This document shows, one piece after another, positions 8,848 to 18,007 of a stretch of 64,000 nucleotides of DNA. The stretch is from a virus. The stretch lies in IMG/VR virus record IMGVR_UViG_3300010429_002786; one strand, 5' to 3'. Made by a program: the position numbers and the translations under genes. The number at the start of each line of letters is the position of its first letter. Position 1 is the stretch's first letter. The notes beneath the pieces were generated by a model. That model worked only from the letters and a program-made list of their open reading frames with translations, had not been told where the DNA came from and searched no databases.

Positions 8848-10451
8848 ACCTCGGTCCAACGGGGCAGCTCACGCGCTTCACCCCGGACGACGCCGACGCC
8901 GGCGGCTCGGAGAGCTTCGGCTTCTCGGTCGCGATGGACGGCGACTGGGCGGTCGTCGGATGCCCCAATAAAGTGGTCGGGATGATCAACCCGGGGGCGG
9001 CCTACGTCTACCACAGGGTCTCTGGCACCTGGACGTACGTGCAGCGCCTGGTGTCCTCGGACGGCGCGGCGCTCGACGGGTTCGGCCGCGCGGTAGCGAT
9101 CAGCGGAAGCTACATCGTGGTCGGCGCTCCAAACAGGCTGGCCGCGGTCGGCGGCGCCTACGTCTTTCGGCTGACGGGGACGGTGTGGGCGGAGGAGCAA
9201 ATCCTCGCGCCTAGCGTCAGCGCCGCCGACGACGCCTTCGGAACCTCCGTGGCGATCAGCGGCGTCGACCTCGTCGTCGGCTCTCCAGGGGCCGACGAGG
9301 GAGCCGCCGGCGCCGGCCTCGCGTTCACCTTCCACCGCGCTGCAGGCGTCTGGTCCGAGACGACCAAGCTCATCTCCCCGGCCCGTGCGGCCGGCGGCGC
9401 GTTCGGCACCCGGGTGGCCATGGACGGCGGCACCCTCGTCGTCGGAGAGCCGGGCAGCGCCGCGGCAGGGGCGCTGCAGGTCTACGAGCGCCAGCTGGAC
9501 GACACCTGGCTCACGGTGGCCTCGCTGGCCCGCCTCGCGCTCCACAGTGCCAACGGTCTTGGCACGTATGGCATCGCCATCTCTGGCGAGCTCATCGCGG
9601 CTGGCATGCCGCTCGAGCACAACACCCTCGATGACACCGGGGCGGTCTACATCTTCCGCCTGGTGGGTAGCGTCTGGGGCCCGAACGAGGACCAGCGCAT
9701 CGCCGCGCCGCCACGCTTCGAGGACGTCGCCAACGAGTACTTCGGCTACAGCGTGTCGCTGGACGGCACGACCCTCGCGGTCGGGGCGACGGCAGATCGC
9801 GACCTCGGAGTGGACCCTCCGGTTGGCACCTACGGGTCGGTCTTCCTCTTCGCCGATGTGGCGGATGTGGGATTCCAGCTCTGCGGCCGAGCGCACCCCG
9901 CGGTCGTCGGCGGCACAGGGTTCGACGTAGCCGTGTCCGAGAGCACGCGCTGCGCGCTCACGGGCGCGCCGAACGAGCTGGCCGGGGCGGTCCCCTCCGA
10001 GGGAGCCATTCGCTTCTACCAGCTGGCTCCGACCGACGGGATCGAGATGCCGCTCGCGGGGCTCTACCTGGATGCGCTCTACTACGTCAACGGCGCCGAC
10101 GACGTCATCCTCACGAACTGCGTGCCCAAGCACGGCGAGACCCAGGTCAAGCAGGCGGCGGTGCTGCGCTTCCAGGTGCTCGCGCTCAACGGGGCGGCGA
10201 TCGACGCGACGACGCGCGTCTGGGTTGACTACGGGGCCGGCGACGAGCTGGCCTACTCGCAGGCGGCCGGCGGCTTTCAGGCCGGCTTCTCGGGCACGAT
10301 GACGCTCGTCGCCCCTCCAGGCAGCGTGGTCCAGAGCGAGCAGTGGTTCGAGCTCTGGCGGGTCGGCGCGCTCTGGCCGTCTCTCGAGCAGGTCACGCTG
10401 CGGGTGGATGCCTCGGCCGGCGGGAGCCATCTGCTCGGCGACCCGGAGTAG
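8844..10451 (+). CDS. FG-GAP (integrin-alpha-like beta-propeller) repeat protein with C-terminal Ig-like domain
   Basis: About seven 'FG.SVAISG...VVGAP....G.AYVF' repeats. Confidence 0.85.
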   Translation: MNLGPTGQLTRFTPDDADAGGSESFGFSVAMDGDWAVVGCPNKVVGMINPGAAYVYHRVSGTWTYVQRLVSSDGAALDGFGRAVAISGSYIVVGAPNRLAAVGGAYVFRLTGTVWAEEQILAPSVSAADDAFGTSVAISGVDLVVGSPGADEGAAGAGLAFTFHRAAGVWSETTKLISPARAAGGAFGTRVAMDGGTLVVGEPGSAAAGALQVYERQLDDTWLTVASLARLALHSANGLGTYGIAISGELIAAGMPLEHNTLDDTGAVYIFRLVGSVWGPNEDQRIAAPPRFEDVANEYFGYSVSLDGTTLAVGATADRDLGVDPPVGTYGSVFLFADVADVGFQLCGRAHPAVVGGTGFDVAVSESTRCALTGAPNELAGAVPSEGAIRFYQLAPTDGIEMPLAGLYLDALYYVNGADDVILTNCVPKHGETQVKQAAVLRFQVLALNGAAIDATTRVWVDYGAGDELAYSQAAGGFQAGFSGTMTLVAPPGSVVQSEQWFELWRVGALWPSLEQVTLRVDASAGGSHLLGDPE

Positions 10452-10456
10452 ATGGG

Positions 10457-11848
10457 ATGACCACGTCTATCACCTTCACGATCGAAGACAAGATCGCCCC
10501 CGAGCTCCTCGAGGTGCTGTGGCTGACACCGCGGCGGTGCCGCCTGCGCTGGAACGAAGCGCTCACGACGACCAACGCCCCCGGGGGCTCGCTCTTCTGC
10601 CGGCACTACTCGGGAGGAGTGGAGATCGCCTCAGCGACCGAGGTCTTCATCGCGACGGACGACATCACCTCGGTCGTGAACGCAGTCGCCTGGGTGGGGA
10701 GCTGGATCGATGTGACGGGCTCGGCCTACCCGAGGAACAACCGGGCGCGCCGCATCCTGTCGATCGACGTGACCACGCGCCGGGTGACGGTCGACACCTC
10801 GGACGCTGCGGGAGGGCTGCTCATCGTCGACCGCGGCATCGACTACACCAAGCTCGGGTCGAAGGCCCGCGAGCGGCACCTCAAGGCGACCATCTCCTGC
10901 TACCGCATCGAGGCGCGCCTTGCAGCCGAAGGAGCGGGGCTCGAAGTGCACTCCGAGCTCCGCACGCAGTGCGCCTACGAGCCGCTGCTCAAGCAGGCGT
11001 TCCTGCCATCGGAGGACGAGATTCCTCCCGCCGACGTCGCTGAGCAGTACGTCGTCCTCGACTGGGTCGACGACGTCTCGATCGACCGGCTCTACACCCT
11101 CTCTGCGCTCGAGGTCGAGGACTCCTTCGGCAACGCAGCGAGCGCCCCCTACGAGATCGACTTCAAGACGCCCCTCTTCGGCGCGCCCGCGCGGCGCATG
11201 TCGCTCTGGGAGCAGTTCGTCGGTCTGACCGGCATCGAGCCGAGCTTCCTCGATGAGGACCTGCTCGGCGAGAAGCTCTTCCGCAAGATGTGCGTGGTCA
11301 TCCAGGACCTGCTGAACGTGCTCTGGAACCGCGTCGACGGGCTCGCCAACGTGACGGACCCTGCGCGATGCCCCGCGGAGATGCTGCCCTGGCTCCTCCA
11401 CGACCAGGGCAACCCCTTCCGCTTCAACCTGGGCACGGAGCTCGCGCAGCGCCGGCTGGTCGAAGCGCTGCCGGAGATCTACCAGCGGGTCGGGTGCGAG
11501 GTCGGGCTCGAGCGCACGCTGCAGTTCTTCCTGGGCATCCTCTTCGACGTGGTTCCCTTCTACCCCGAGGGGGTTTGGGAGCTCGGGGTGGCGCACCTTG
11601 GGGAGGACACGGTGCTTGGGCCTTCGTCGCTCGTGCTCAAGAACAGCTACGACGTGTTGACCCCGCTGCTGACCATCTTGACGGACGAGCAGCGGCAGAT
11701 CGTGGAGGACATCTGCACCTGGGGCGACCCGGCGCGGATGCACCTGCACCGCATCGTAGAGTTCACGCCACCGGATCCTGGCGTGCTACGCTGGGCTCTC
11801 GGGGACGTAGGACTCTCGGGGCTCGGCATCACGACCGTGCTCGGATAA
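10457..11848 (+). CDS. Phage tail protein I-like (P2 gpI) domain protein
   Basis: C-terminal 'DPARCPAEMLPWLLHDQGNPF...RRLVEALPEIYQRVG.EVGL...PARMH' pattern; GGAG lies 8 nt before ATG 10457. Confidence 0.75.
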   Translation: MTTSITFTIEDKIAPELLEVLWLTPRRCRLRWNEALTTTNAPGGSLFCRHYSGGVEIASATEVFIATDDITSVVNAVAWVGSWIDVTGSAYPRNNRARRILSIDVTTRRVTVDTSDAAGGLLIVDRGIDYTKLGSKARERHLKATISCYRIEARLAAEGAGLEVHSELRTQCAYEPLLKQAFLPSEDEIPPADVAEQYVVLDWVDDVSIDRLYTLSALEVEDSFGNAASAPYEIDFKTPLFGAPARRMSLWEQFVGLTGIEPSFLDEDLLGEKLFRKMCVVIQDLLNVLWNRVDGLANVTDPARCPAEMLPWLLHDQGNPFRFNLGTELAQRRLVEALPEIYQRVGCEVGLERTLQFFLGILFDVVPFYPEGVWELGVAHLGEDTVLGPSSLVLKNSYDVLTPLLTILTDEQRQIVEDICTWGDPARMHLHRIVEFTPPDPGVLRWALGDVGLSGLGITTVLG

Positions 11849-11863
11849 CAGCGAGGTAACTCC

Positions 11864-13498
11864 GTGGACAAACACAATTATTTTTATGAACAACTGGTGG
11901 TCGACTCCGACCTCGACGACATCTACGCCGACGCCGAGTCGATGGAGCGGGACGGCATCGCCACGCCGCACGGGCTCTGCCAGGCGCCGGCTGCGGGCTC
12001 GCCGGGTCCGACGCGCTTCGGGGGCATCCTGTCGGGGCTCGTCGTGACGCGCACCGGCGCGAAGTCCCTGCAGGTGTCGGCCGGACAGGCGAGGGACTCG
12101 GCGGGGCGGCTCATCACGGTGCCGCTCTCGACGATCGACATCACGAACCTCGGCGACACGACCGTCGGCGACTCGACGAACGCGCTCGGAGGCGGAGCGG
12201 CGGTGGCGATCGGTGGCGGCCTCGAGGCGTGGCTGTCGGTCTACGCGATGTACGGCGAGCTCGGCACGGACGCACGGACCGATGGTCTCGGCGTGCCCGT
12301 GAACTTCCGGGTGAGCGAGAGCTTCTGCTTCCACCTCGCTCTGGGCACGCCGGCGGCGGCTCCGGCGGTGCTTCGCGCGGCGCTCGCGGACGGCTACGTG
12401 CTCCTCGCTGACGTGCTCCTCGACGAGAGCGAGGAGATCGTGAGAATCGATCCGGGCGGCGGGCTGCAGCCCGTCATCTGCGGCACGGACGCCGAGTTCG
12501 ACTACTTCCCCGCCTACGCGGCCCTCACCGGCCGGCGCTCGGACTGGCTCACCTGCGAGGACTCCTCGAACCACCCGCTCCTCGCGACCGCCGGCGCGCC
12601 CATCCGCGCCGCCACCCCGCGAGAGGCGATCGACCTCGCCCTGCGGCGCCTGCAGTCGACCACGACCCCCGCCGGCTCGCAGCTCCTCGGCGGCCGTGCG
12701 ATGGGCGGCACGGAAGCCTACGAGTTCTACACGGCCAAGTCGCTCCCCTCCGGGACGATCGACGCGCAGCTCTACTTCCTGCTGCAGGAGCTCAACAAGA
12801 AGCTCTCGAACGGCGGCAACCTACAGCAGCCGTTCTACGACGACTTCTTCTACGTGGCAGAGCTGGTCGATCCTCTCGACTGGCCCAGTTGGGGGCTCAT
12901 CACCGAGAACAACACCGCGGCGCAGCCGAATCAGCTGGAGCAAGAACCGTACGGGGTGGTGAGTCTGCTGACGGACAGCAACACCGACGACACCGCAGGC
13001 CTCATTCAGGGAGGCGACAGCCAGCTCACCGTCGACGAGCTCGGCAACGACTGCTTCTATGCCTGGCCACTGGGCAGCACGCAGGTGCAGGCGACCTTCC
13101 GCTTCCGAATCAACTCGGCGCTCGCCGACGCTGTTGTGCAGCTCGGGTTCGGCCGCTGCGACATCAACGTCAAAGCCATCTGCGCGGTGGCCGAGATCGA
13201 CGGCGCGGCAGGAGGCACGGTGCGAGCTCGCGTCCTGAACTCTGCCGGAGCGGGCGGGGCGCTCGGCGCTTCGGTAGGATCGATCGTGTCCGGTGCGTGG
13301 CACACCGTCAGGGTGACGGTGACTTCCGACACGCAGGCCGAAATCAGCCTCGATGGTGGAGCTGCGCAGGCTGCCGCTCTCGGAGCTGGCGCGTTCCACG
13401 CGGCCGGAGCCCTGTTCGCCCGAGTCAAGACGCTGGCCAACGCGACGGCAAGCCTGTCGCTCGACTGCGTCTGCGCAGGCGTCCTCGGTTCTCGCTAG
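11864..13498 (+). CDS. Tail fibre / baseplate-attached receptor-binding protein
   Basis: N-terminal 'GILSGLVV...LQVSAGQARDSAGRLI' fibre-attachment pattern and C-terminal lectin-like 'FYDDF...F.FR...WHTVRV'. Follows the tail-I gene. Confidence 0.7.
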   Translation: MDKHNYFYEQLVVDSDLDDIYADAESMERDGIATPHGLCQAPAAGSPGPTRFGGILSGLVVTRTGAKSLQVSAGQARDSAGRLITVPLSTIDITNLGDTTVGDSTNALGGGAAVAIGGGLEAWLSVYAMYGELGTDARTDGLGVPVNFRVSESFCFHLALGTPAAAPAVLRAALADGYVLLADVLLDESEEIVRIDPGGGLQPVICGTDAEFDYFPAYAALTGRRSDWLTCEDSSNHPLLATAGAPIRAATPREAIDLALRRLQSTTTPAGSQLLGGRAMGGTEAYEFYTAKSLPSGTIDAQLYFLLQELNKKLSNGGNLQQPFYDDFFYVAELVDPLDWPSWGLITENNTAAQPNQLEQEPYGVVSLLTDSNTDDTAGLIQGGDSQLTVDELGNDCFYAWPLGSTQVQATFRFRINSALADAVVQLGFGRCDINVKAICAVAEIDGAAGGTVRARVLNSAGAGGALGASVGSIVSGAWHTVRVTVTSDTQAEISLDGGAAQAAALGAGAFHAAGALFARVKTLANATASLSLDCVCAGVLGSR

Positions 13499-13800
13499 AG
13501 CTTCCCGCCAACCTCCAACGCCGTAGCAGCCAGACCCAACGAGTCGCTGGGCGCCTCCGCGCACAGGTACGTCGAGCGCCCGGCGGGACGCGTCTCGTAG
13601 CGAGAGCAGAACAGCTCGGGCGTGCTCGCGCACTCCGCCGGCGACACCTCGACGGTGAGCAGCTGCGCGGTCCCGGTGCTCACCTGCACCCGCAGGATGG
13701 GCGGAGCGATCTGCACGCAGTCGTCCGGCTCAGCCAGATCAGCCCCAGGGGCGCGTCCGTCGCACGCGAAGATCGTGCTTGCAAAAAGAATGAGACTCAT
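13495..13800 (-). CDS. Small Cys-rich putative lipoprotein
   Basis: 'MSLILFASTIFAC' is a short hydrophobic leader ending in a lipobox-like Cys; four further Cys follow. Confidence 0.4.
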   Translation of the reverse strand: MSLILFASTIFACDGRAPGADLAEPDDCVQIAPPILRVQVSTGTAQLLTVEVSPAECASTPELFCSRYETRPAGRSTYLCAEAPSDSLGLAATALEVGGKL

Positions 13801-13871
13801 GTACCATGCAAGGCTGGGCCGGCGGGGGACTGTGAGGGGGAGGGGAGATCTCATGGGTCGGCTCCTCATCT

Positions 13872-14072
13872 TCAGGGCTCGAGCATCTTGATCGCGAAGC
13901 CGTCGGCGCGCCCGCAGGCCGCCAGCATCCGCAGGCCCGCGACTGCCGAGTCCGCTACAGCGGAGGCCTCGACGGCGGCCTCGTCGGTCACTGCCCCGGG
14001 CCGCAGGGCTCTGTGGTGCATGAACGCGTCTGCGTAGACTGAGGCCCAGATCATCTTCTCGCCGTCCGTCAT
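13872..14072 (-). CDS. Hypothetical protein
   Basis: 66 aa 'MTDGEKMIWASVYA...' with GGAG upstream, downstream of a minus-strand promoter. Confidence 0.5.
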   Translation of the reverse strand: MTDGEKMIWASVYADAFMHHRALRPGAVTDEAAVEASAVADSAVAGLRMLAACGRADGFAIKMLEP

Positions 14073-14154
14073 TGTTCGCTTCTCCGCCTCGGGCCGGCGA
14101 GCGCGGGAGCTGCCAGTCCCCCTCCCCCGCATTCCCCCGCCGGCCTTGCCTGTC

Positions 14155-14183
14155 AGCTTATATGATTAAAATACACTTGTCAA
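14155..14183 (-). promoter_or_regulatory. Sigma70-like promoter TTGACA-N17-TAAGCT
   Basis: Read directly in the AT-rich divergent intergenic region. Confidence 0.6.
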
Positions 14184-14193
14184 TCATTTTTTG

Positions 14194-14222
14194 TTGCAAT
14201 CGACGGTGAGCCGTGGTACCGT
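14194..14222 (+). promoter_or_regulatory. Sigma70-like promoter TTGCAA-N17-TACCGT with extended -10 TG
   Basis: The -10 box ends 7 nt before ATG 14230, so the transcript is probably leaderless. Confidence 0.5.
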
Positions 14223-14229
14223 GCGTGCT

Positions 14230-14670
14230 ATGGCGGCACCCAAGCGCGTACGGGAGTTCGTGTTCATCCTCGTGCCCGAGGAGGGCGTGGTAGAGCGCAC
14301 GGTGGCCCAGGAGGCCGCGCGCGCCTGCCGGGCGGCGTTCCTGCGGGGCTTCGACCCCATCTGCCCGCTCCTCGACACCATGAGCTACCTGACGCCGGCC
14401 GAGCGGACGCTGCAGCTGCCAGCGATCAGCCGGCGCTGGCTCCGCCGCTGCGGCAAGATCTGGCTCCAGTTCCCGACCGACGACGAGACCCTCGACTCGC
14501 TCTCCTTCCGCATCCTCGACGAGAACGACCGCGGCGCGGCCACCCGCCGGCCCGTCTACCGCCTCGAGCGCGTCGAGGAGGACGTCGTTCCAGTCGCTGT
14601 CAATTCGCTCGAGATCCGTGAGATACTCGCCTGCAACCTGACCGCCGGCTTCGCAAGCCGCCTCGTCTGA
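14230..14670 (+). CDS. DUF4406/nucleoside 2-deoxyribosyltransferase-like fold protein (degenerate)
   Basis: 'ARACRAAFLRGFDPICP...ER......WLRRCGKIW' resembles the common phage 'CR.A...G..P.AP...L..CDE.WV' family. Confidence 0.45.
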   Translation: MAAPKRVREFVFILVPEEGVVERTVAQEAARACRAAFLRGFDPICPLLDTMSYLTPAERTLQLPAISRRWLRRCGKIWLQFPTDDETLDSLSFRILDENDRGAATRRPVYRLERVEEDVVPVAVNSLEIREILACNLTAGFASRLV

Positions 14671-14683
14671 GAGGAGCCCCGTC

Positions 14684-14962
14684 ATGAAGTTCACCGTCGA
14701 AGTCCTCGAGCGCCAGCCCAAGCTCCGCGCGAAGATCGTTCCGACCGGAGCCATCCGCCAGACCCCGTACCGCTTCCCGCAGGTCGACACCTTCACCGTC
14801 GAGGCGCACAACCCCTCGGAGGCCAAGGTCGCCGCCAAGGCCGCGCTCGCGACTCGGCTCTCGCCCGAGCTCCAGCTCATCTCGCTCTCGGTGGTCGAGC
14901 CCGCGGCGCCGCGGGTCCAGGTCGTGGTCACCCGCAAGGTCCCCGCGGCCATCGAGGACTGA
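14684..14962 (+). CDS. Hypothetical protein
   Basis: 92 aa with GAGGAG RBS and typical codon usage. Confidence 0.7.
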   Translation: MKFTVEVLERQPKLRAKIVPTGAIRQTPYRFPQVDTFTVEAHNPSEAKVAAKAALATRLSPELQLISLSVVEPAAPRVQVVVTRKVPAAIED

Positions 14963-14965
14963 TCC

Positions 14966-15775
14966 GTGGGCGCCTACGCCGACATCGTGACGGCCGTCCG
15001 GGCTGCGGCCAACCTCGCTGGCGGGCTCCTGCAGATCTTGTGGGGCACGCCCGGCGACACGGTGCTTTGGCCGGAGGACGACCCGAACCTCGCCAAGCCG
15101 CGGGACACCGGCGCGCTCTGGGACGCGAGCGGGCCCTTCCCGCTGCTCCTCGAGCAGGTGGGCGCGGTGATCGATGCGGGCGGCAGCGGCGCCCCGCTGG
15201 CGCATGCGGCCTCGCACGTCACCGGCACTGATCAGATCGCTGATGCGATCGGCGGCATCGACGCCATGCGCGGGCTCCTGTCGGTCGCCGACAAGAACAA
15301 GCTGGACGGCATTGACTCGGGAGCCGATGTGACCGGCAGCAACGCGCCGCAGGCGCATGCGACGTCACACACCAGCGGTAACGGCGACGCTATCAAGCTC
15401 GATGACCTAGGGACCCCCGACGACAACACCGACCTCGATGCGTCAACCGGGCGGCACGGCTTGCTCCCCCGTCTTGGTGGCGGCACGACCAACTTCCTGC
15501 GCGCCGACGGCACGTGGGCGGCTCCTGGAGGCGGCGGCACCAGCGCGACTGACGAGCTCGACCCTGCTGCCACCACAGGCGCCGAGACGACGCTCACCTT
15601 GAGTCACACGCCCGGGTCGGCTGCCGCTCTGTTCGTGTTTCGCAACGGCGTGCTCATGCGCCTGGTGAACTCCCTGGGCGCCTCGAAGATGGAGTACACC
15701 TGGTCGACCACGACGGTGACGTTTGTCGCCAGTGGTGCGGCGAACGACTGGTACGTGGCCAAGTACACCTACTAG
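14966..15775 (+). CDS. Virion fibre/decoration-type protein
   Basis: 'HAASH..G.D.I', 'GLLSVADKNKLDGI..GADVT' and 'NFLRADGTWAAP' fibre motifs; C-terminal 'L.VFRNGVL' Ig-like module. Confidence 0.65.
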   Translation: MGAYADIVTAVRAAANLAGGLLQILWGTPGDTVLWPEDDPNLAKPRDTGALWDASGPFPLLLEQVGAVIDAGGSGAPLAHAASHVTGTDQIADAIGGIDAMRGLLSVADKNKLDGIDSGADVTGSNAPQAHATSHTSGNGDAIKLDDLGTPDDNTDLDASTGRHGLLPRLGGGTTNFLRADGTWAAPGGGGTSATDELDPAATTGAETTLTLSHTPGSAAALFVFRNGVLMRLVNSLGASKMEYTWSTTTVTFVASGAANDWYVAKYTY

Positions 15776-15786
15776 GACTGGTTGTC

Positions 15787-16596
15787 ATGCAGGGGATAAA
15801 GTCAGATCAGGTAGCTCCCGGACTCGTGTCGTCCTACCTACGCATCCTGCCCGGGAACGCCGACGGCTGCCTGGTTGCACCTCTTCAGACTGCGACGACA
15901 GGAACTACCTCTGGTAGCGGGAAGGACATCTCTGCTCCGGGCACCTACGGGCTGGTCACGTTGACCGATGGAGCAGCCACCTTCAACAGCTCGATCGTCG
16001 GCAAGCTGGTCTTCATCTCTGCGGCGGCCACGGGAGGAGGCGCTGGTCCGCCAGCGGTCAACCTGGGCTACTTTCAGATCTACGATCAGCCCAGCCCGAC
16101 CACGTTTCGCTTTCGCAACGCAGACGCGCAGGCCTCGACCGGGGTGACCTACTCGATCGTCTCCACAATCCCTGCTGGTGGAGCCTACGGAACGTTTCTT
16201 GGTTTTGACGGCTTCGAGTTCACGGTCGGGTCGACGTCAGATCGTGTGTACATTGATCTGGAGGTGCGCTTCAACCACTCGCAGTACTGCACCAGCGGCA
16301 CGGCTTTCGCCATCGACGGGCTCAAGTACGCCGGGTGGGACGCGGCAGCCAGGTCTGGGGCCGTTTGGCTTCGCTCTCAAACCTGGATGACTGGCCTGTC
16401 CGCCGGGAAGCACTGGCTCGAGCCTGGTATCCACGGCGACTACGGATACTTCTCGTTCAGCGCCTGGACCGACATCCACTACGGCAACGCAACCTACATG
16501 CATTTCACGCATCCACAGACGGCCTTCAACAGCCCGAGCAACGCTCCTGCGGCGTCGTGCAAGGTGTCGCTGCTGATCGTTCCTACCGCGCTGTGA
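15787..16596 (+). CDS. Putative virion/fibre-associated protein
   Basis: 269 aa, Gly/Thr/Ser- and beta-rich, following the fibre-like gene. Confidence 0.55.
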   Translation: MQGIKSDQVAPGLVSSYLRILPGNADGCLVAPLQTATTGTTSGSGKDISAPGTYGLVTLTDGAATFNSSIVGKLVFISAAATGGGAGPPAVNLGYFQIYDQPSPTTFRFRNADAQASTGVTYSIVSTIPAGGAYGTFLGFDGFEFTVGSTSDRVYIDLEVRFNHSQYCTSGTAFAIDGLKYAGWDAAARSGAVWLRSQTWMTGLSAGKHWLEPGIHGDYGYFSFSAWTDIHYGNATYMHFTHPQTAFNSPSNAPAASCKVSLLIVPTAL

Positions 16597-16597
16597 T

Positions 16598-16843
16598 TCA
16601 GTTCGCCAGTCTGGCAGCGGTGATGTCGTAGGGTAGTGGGAGCTGGTTGGAAGACGCGGACGTAGCCTCACCAGCTGACTCGGACTCGTAGGCCCGTGTC
16701 AGCCCCTCGGCAACCTGCCGAAGCTCCTCACGAGACAGACCACCGAAGCGCTCGAGGCGCGCGAAGATCTCGCGAGCCATCTCGAGCACCTTGATGATGC
16801 GCTCGGCGCGGCTGAGGCCGCGGTATCGGGTGAAGAAGTCCAT
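16598..16843 (-). CDS. Hypothetical protein
   Basis: 81 aa with its own candidate promoter upstream. Confidence 0.5.
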   Translation of the reverse strand: MDFFTRYRGLSRAERIIKVLEMAREIFARLERFGGLSREELRQVAEGLTRAYESESAGEATSASSNQLPLPYDITAARLAN

Positions 16844-16882
16844 GTGCGTGGTTGATGCATTGCGTCTACGGCTTCTACTGCC

Positions 16883-16910
16883 AGTGTAGCTCGTGATCTG
16901 CGACTGTCAA
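16883..16910 (-). promoter_or_regulatory. Sigma70-like promoter TTGACA-N16-TACACT
   Basis: The -35 box overlaps the caspase stop codon; lies upstream of the ORF starting at 16843. Confidence 0.5.
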
Positions 16911-17785
16911 CGGGGGGATGTGGAAAAATAGCCGTTGATGCGCGATGCGGGCGCTTCCAGCTGAGCCAGCTGATTGAAGCCCCCGTCCTTGAGCCCCTGG
17001 TTCACCTCGTCGATGACCTGAAGTAAGGTCTTGGCCGGCTCCTTGAGGGTCTCCAGCAGGTAGTACGAAAAGGCTCCATGGGCCACACCCTCGACGATCC
17101 CGAAGGTCGAGTCGGCCGCCGTCTGGTCACTCCTGCAGGCGCCGAGGAGGGCGTGCCCGAGCTCGGGCTCGTTGTGGACGAACGAGCCCACCTTCCTGAG
17201 CCGCATGGTCCGCCCTGCCTGGCGCAGGTGGACGTCTAGCGGTGGCAGGACGCGCTTCGGCCGGGACTGCTGGGGGAGCATCGGATGAAGCGGGAGGGAT
17301 CCAAGCACCTTCGACATCGGGCGCGCGTCGGGCATCGGGCGCGCGTCAGGTGGGGCTAGCTCGCGCGTGATGGTGCCGGCGTGGCAGCAGTCCATGATGA
17401 CGGTGAGCTTGGCCTTGAGCCCCTTGAAGTAGCTGCCGAGGATGTCGTCAGAGAGCGGCGAGTCCCAGCAGCGGTCGAAGTCGTAGGGGCAGATGACCTC
17501 GTCGAGCCCGTCGTCGAGCTCGTTGCCCTTCCAGCAGCGGACCTGCGATCCGTGACCACTGAAGGCGAAGACGGCTTCGTCCTTCTCGTCGCCCTGCTTG
17601 AGCCAGTAGAGGCGGTTCAAGATCTCTTTCTTCGTCGCCCGATCGTCGAAGAGCGTGCGGATGTTGTCGAGCGGGTAGCCGTAGACGGTGTTCAAGAGCT
17701 CACGCAGCTCGAGCATGTCGTTGACGCAGCCGCGCAGCGGGGAGCCAGCGTAGTCGTTGATCCCGACGAGGAGGGCCTTCTTCAT
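16907..17785 (-). CDS. Caspase family protease (metacaspase-like, peptidase C14)
   Basis: 'KKALLVGINDY...LRGCVND', catalytic His in 'FSGHG', catalytic Cys in 'MDCCHAG', and p10-like 'ACRSDQTAAD...HGAFSYYL'. Confidence 0.95.
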   Translation of the reverse strand: MKKALLVGINDYAGSPLRGCVNDMLELRELLNTVYGYPLDNIRTLFDDRATKKEILNRLYWLKQGDEKDEAVFAFSGHGSQVRCWKGNELDDGLDEVICPYDFDRCWDSPLSDDILGSYFKGLKAKLTVIMDCCHAGTITRELAPPDARPMPDARPMSKVLGSLPLHPMLPQQSRPKRVLPPLDVHLRQAGRTMRLRKVGSFVHNEPELGHALLGACRSDQTAADSTFGIVEGVAHGAFSYYLLETLKEPAKTLLQVIDEVNQGLKDGGFNQLAQLEAPASRINGYFSTSPR

Positions 17786-17788
17786 GGC

Positions 17789-18007
17789 TCACCTCCCTTC
17801 GCAGGCGATCGAGGCGTTCGCGGTGGCGACGGCCTCGCGCACCTTGCGGATGGCCGCGGTCTGGTCGGCGCAGGCCGGGGTGTTGTCGCGGATGGTCTTG
17901 GCGAGCAGCAGGCCGGCCTCGCGGATCGCCAGGTACTTGGGCGGGTCGTCCGGCTTGGGCGCATGGTAGGTGAACCAGTTCTCGAGGTCCTTGTCGGTGA
18001 TGGGCAT
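17789..18007 (-). CDS. Acb2/Tad1-like hairpin protein (candidate nucleotide-signal sponge)
   Basis: 72 aa with the 'LENWFTYHAP...Y..IR...A.RK..EA...ANASIA' pattern of a small phage family recalled as annotated Acb2/Tad1-like. Confidence 0.55.
   Translation of the reverse strand: MPITDKDLENWFTYHAPKPDDPPKYLAIREAGLLLAKTIRDNTPACADQTAAIRKVREAVATANASIACEGR

Noticed and set aside
1..13498. Extracellular contractile injection system or T6SS
   Set aside because: Terminase, polymerase and helicases in the same element indicate a phage.
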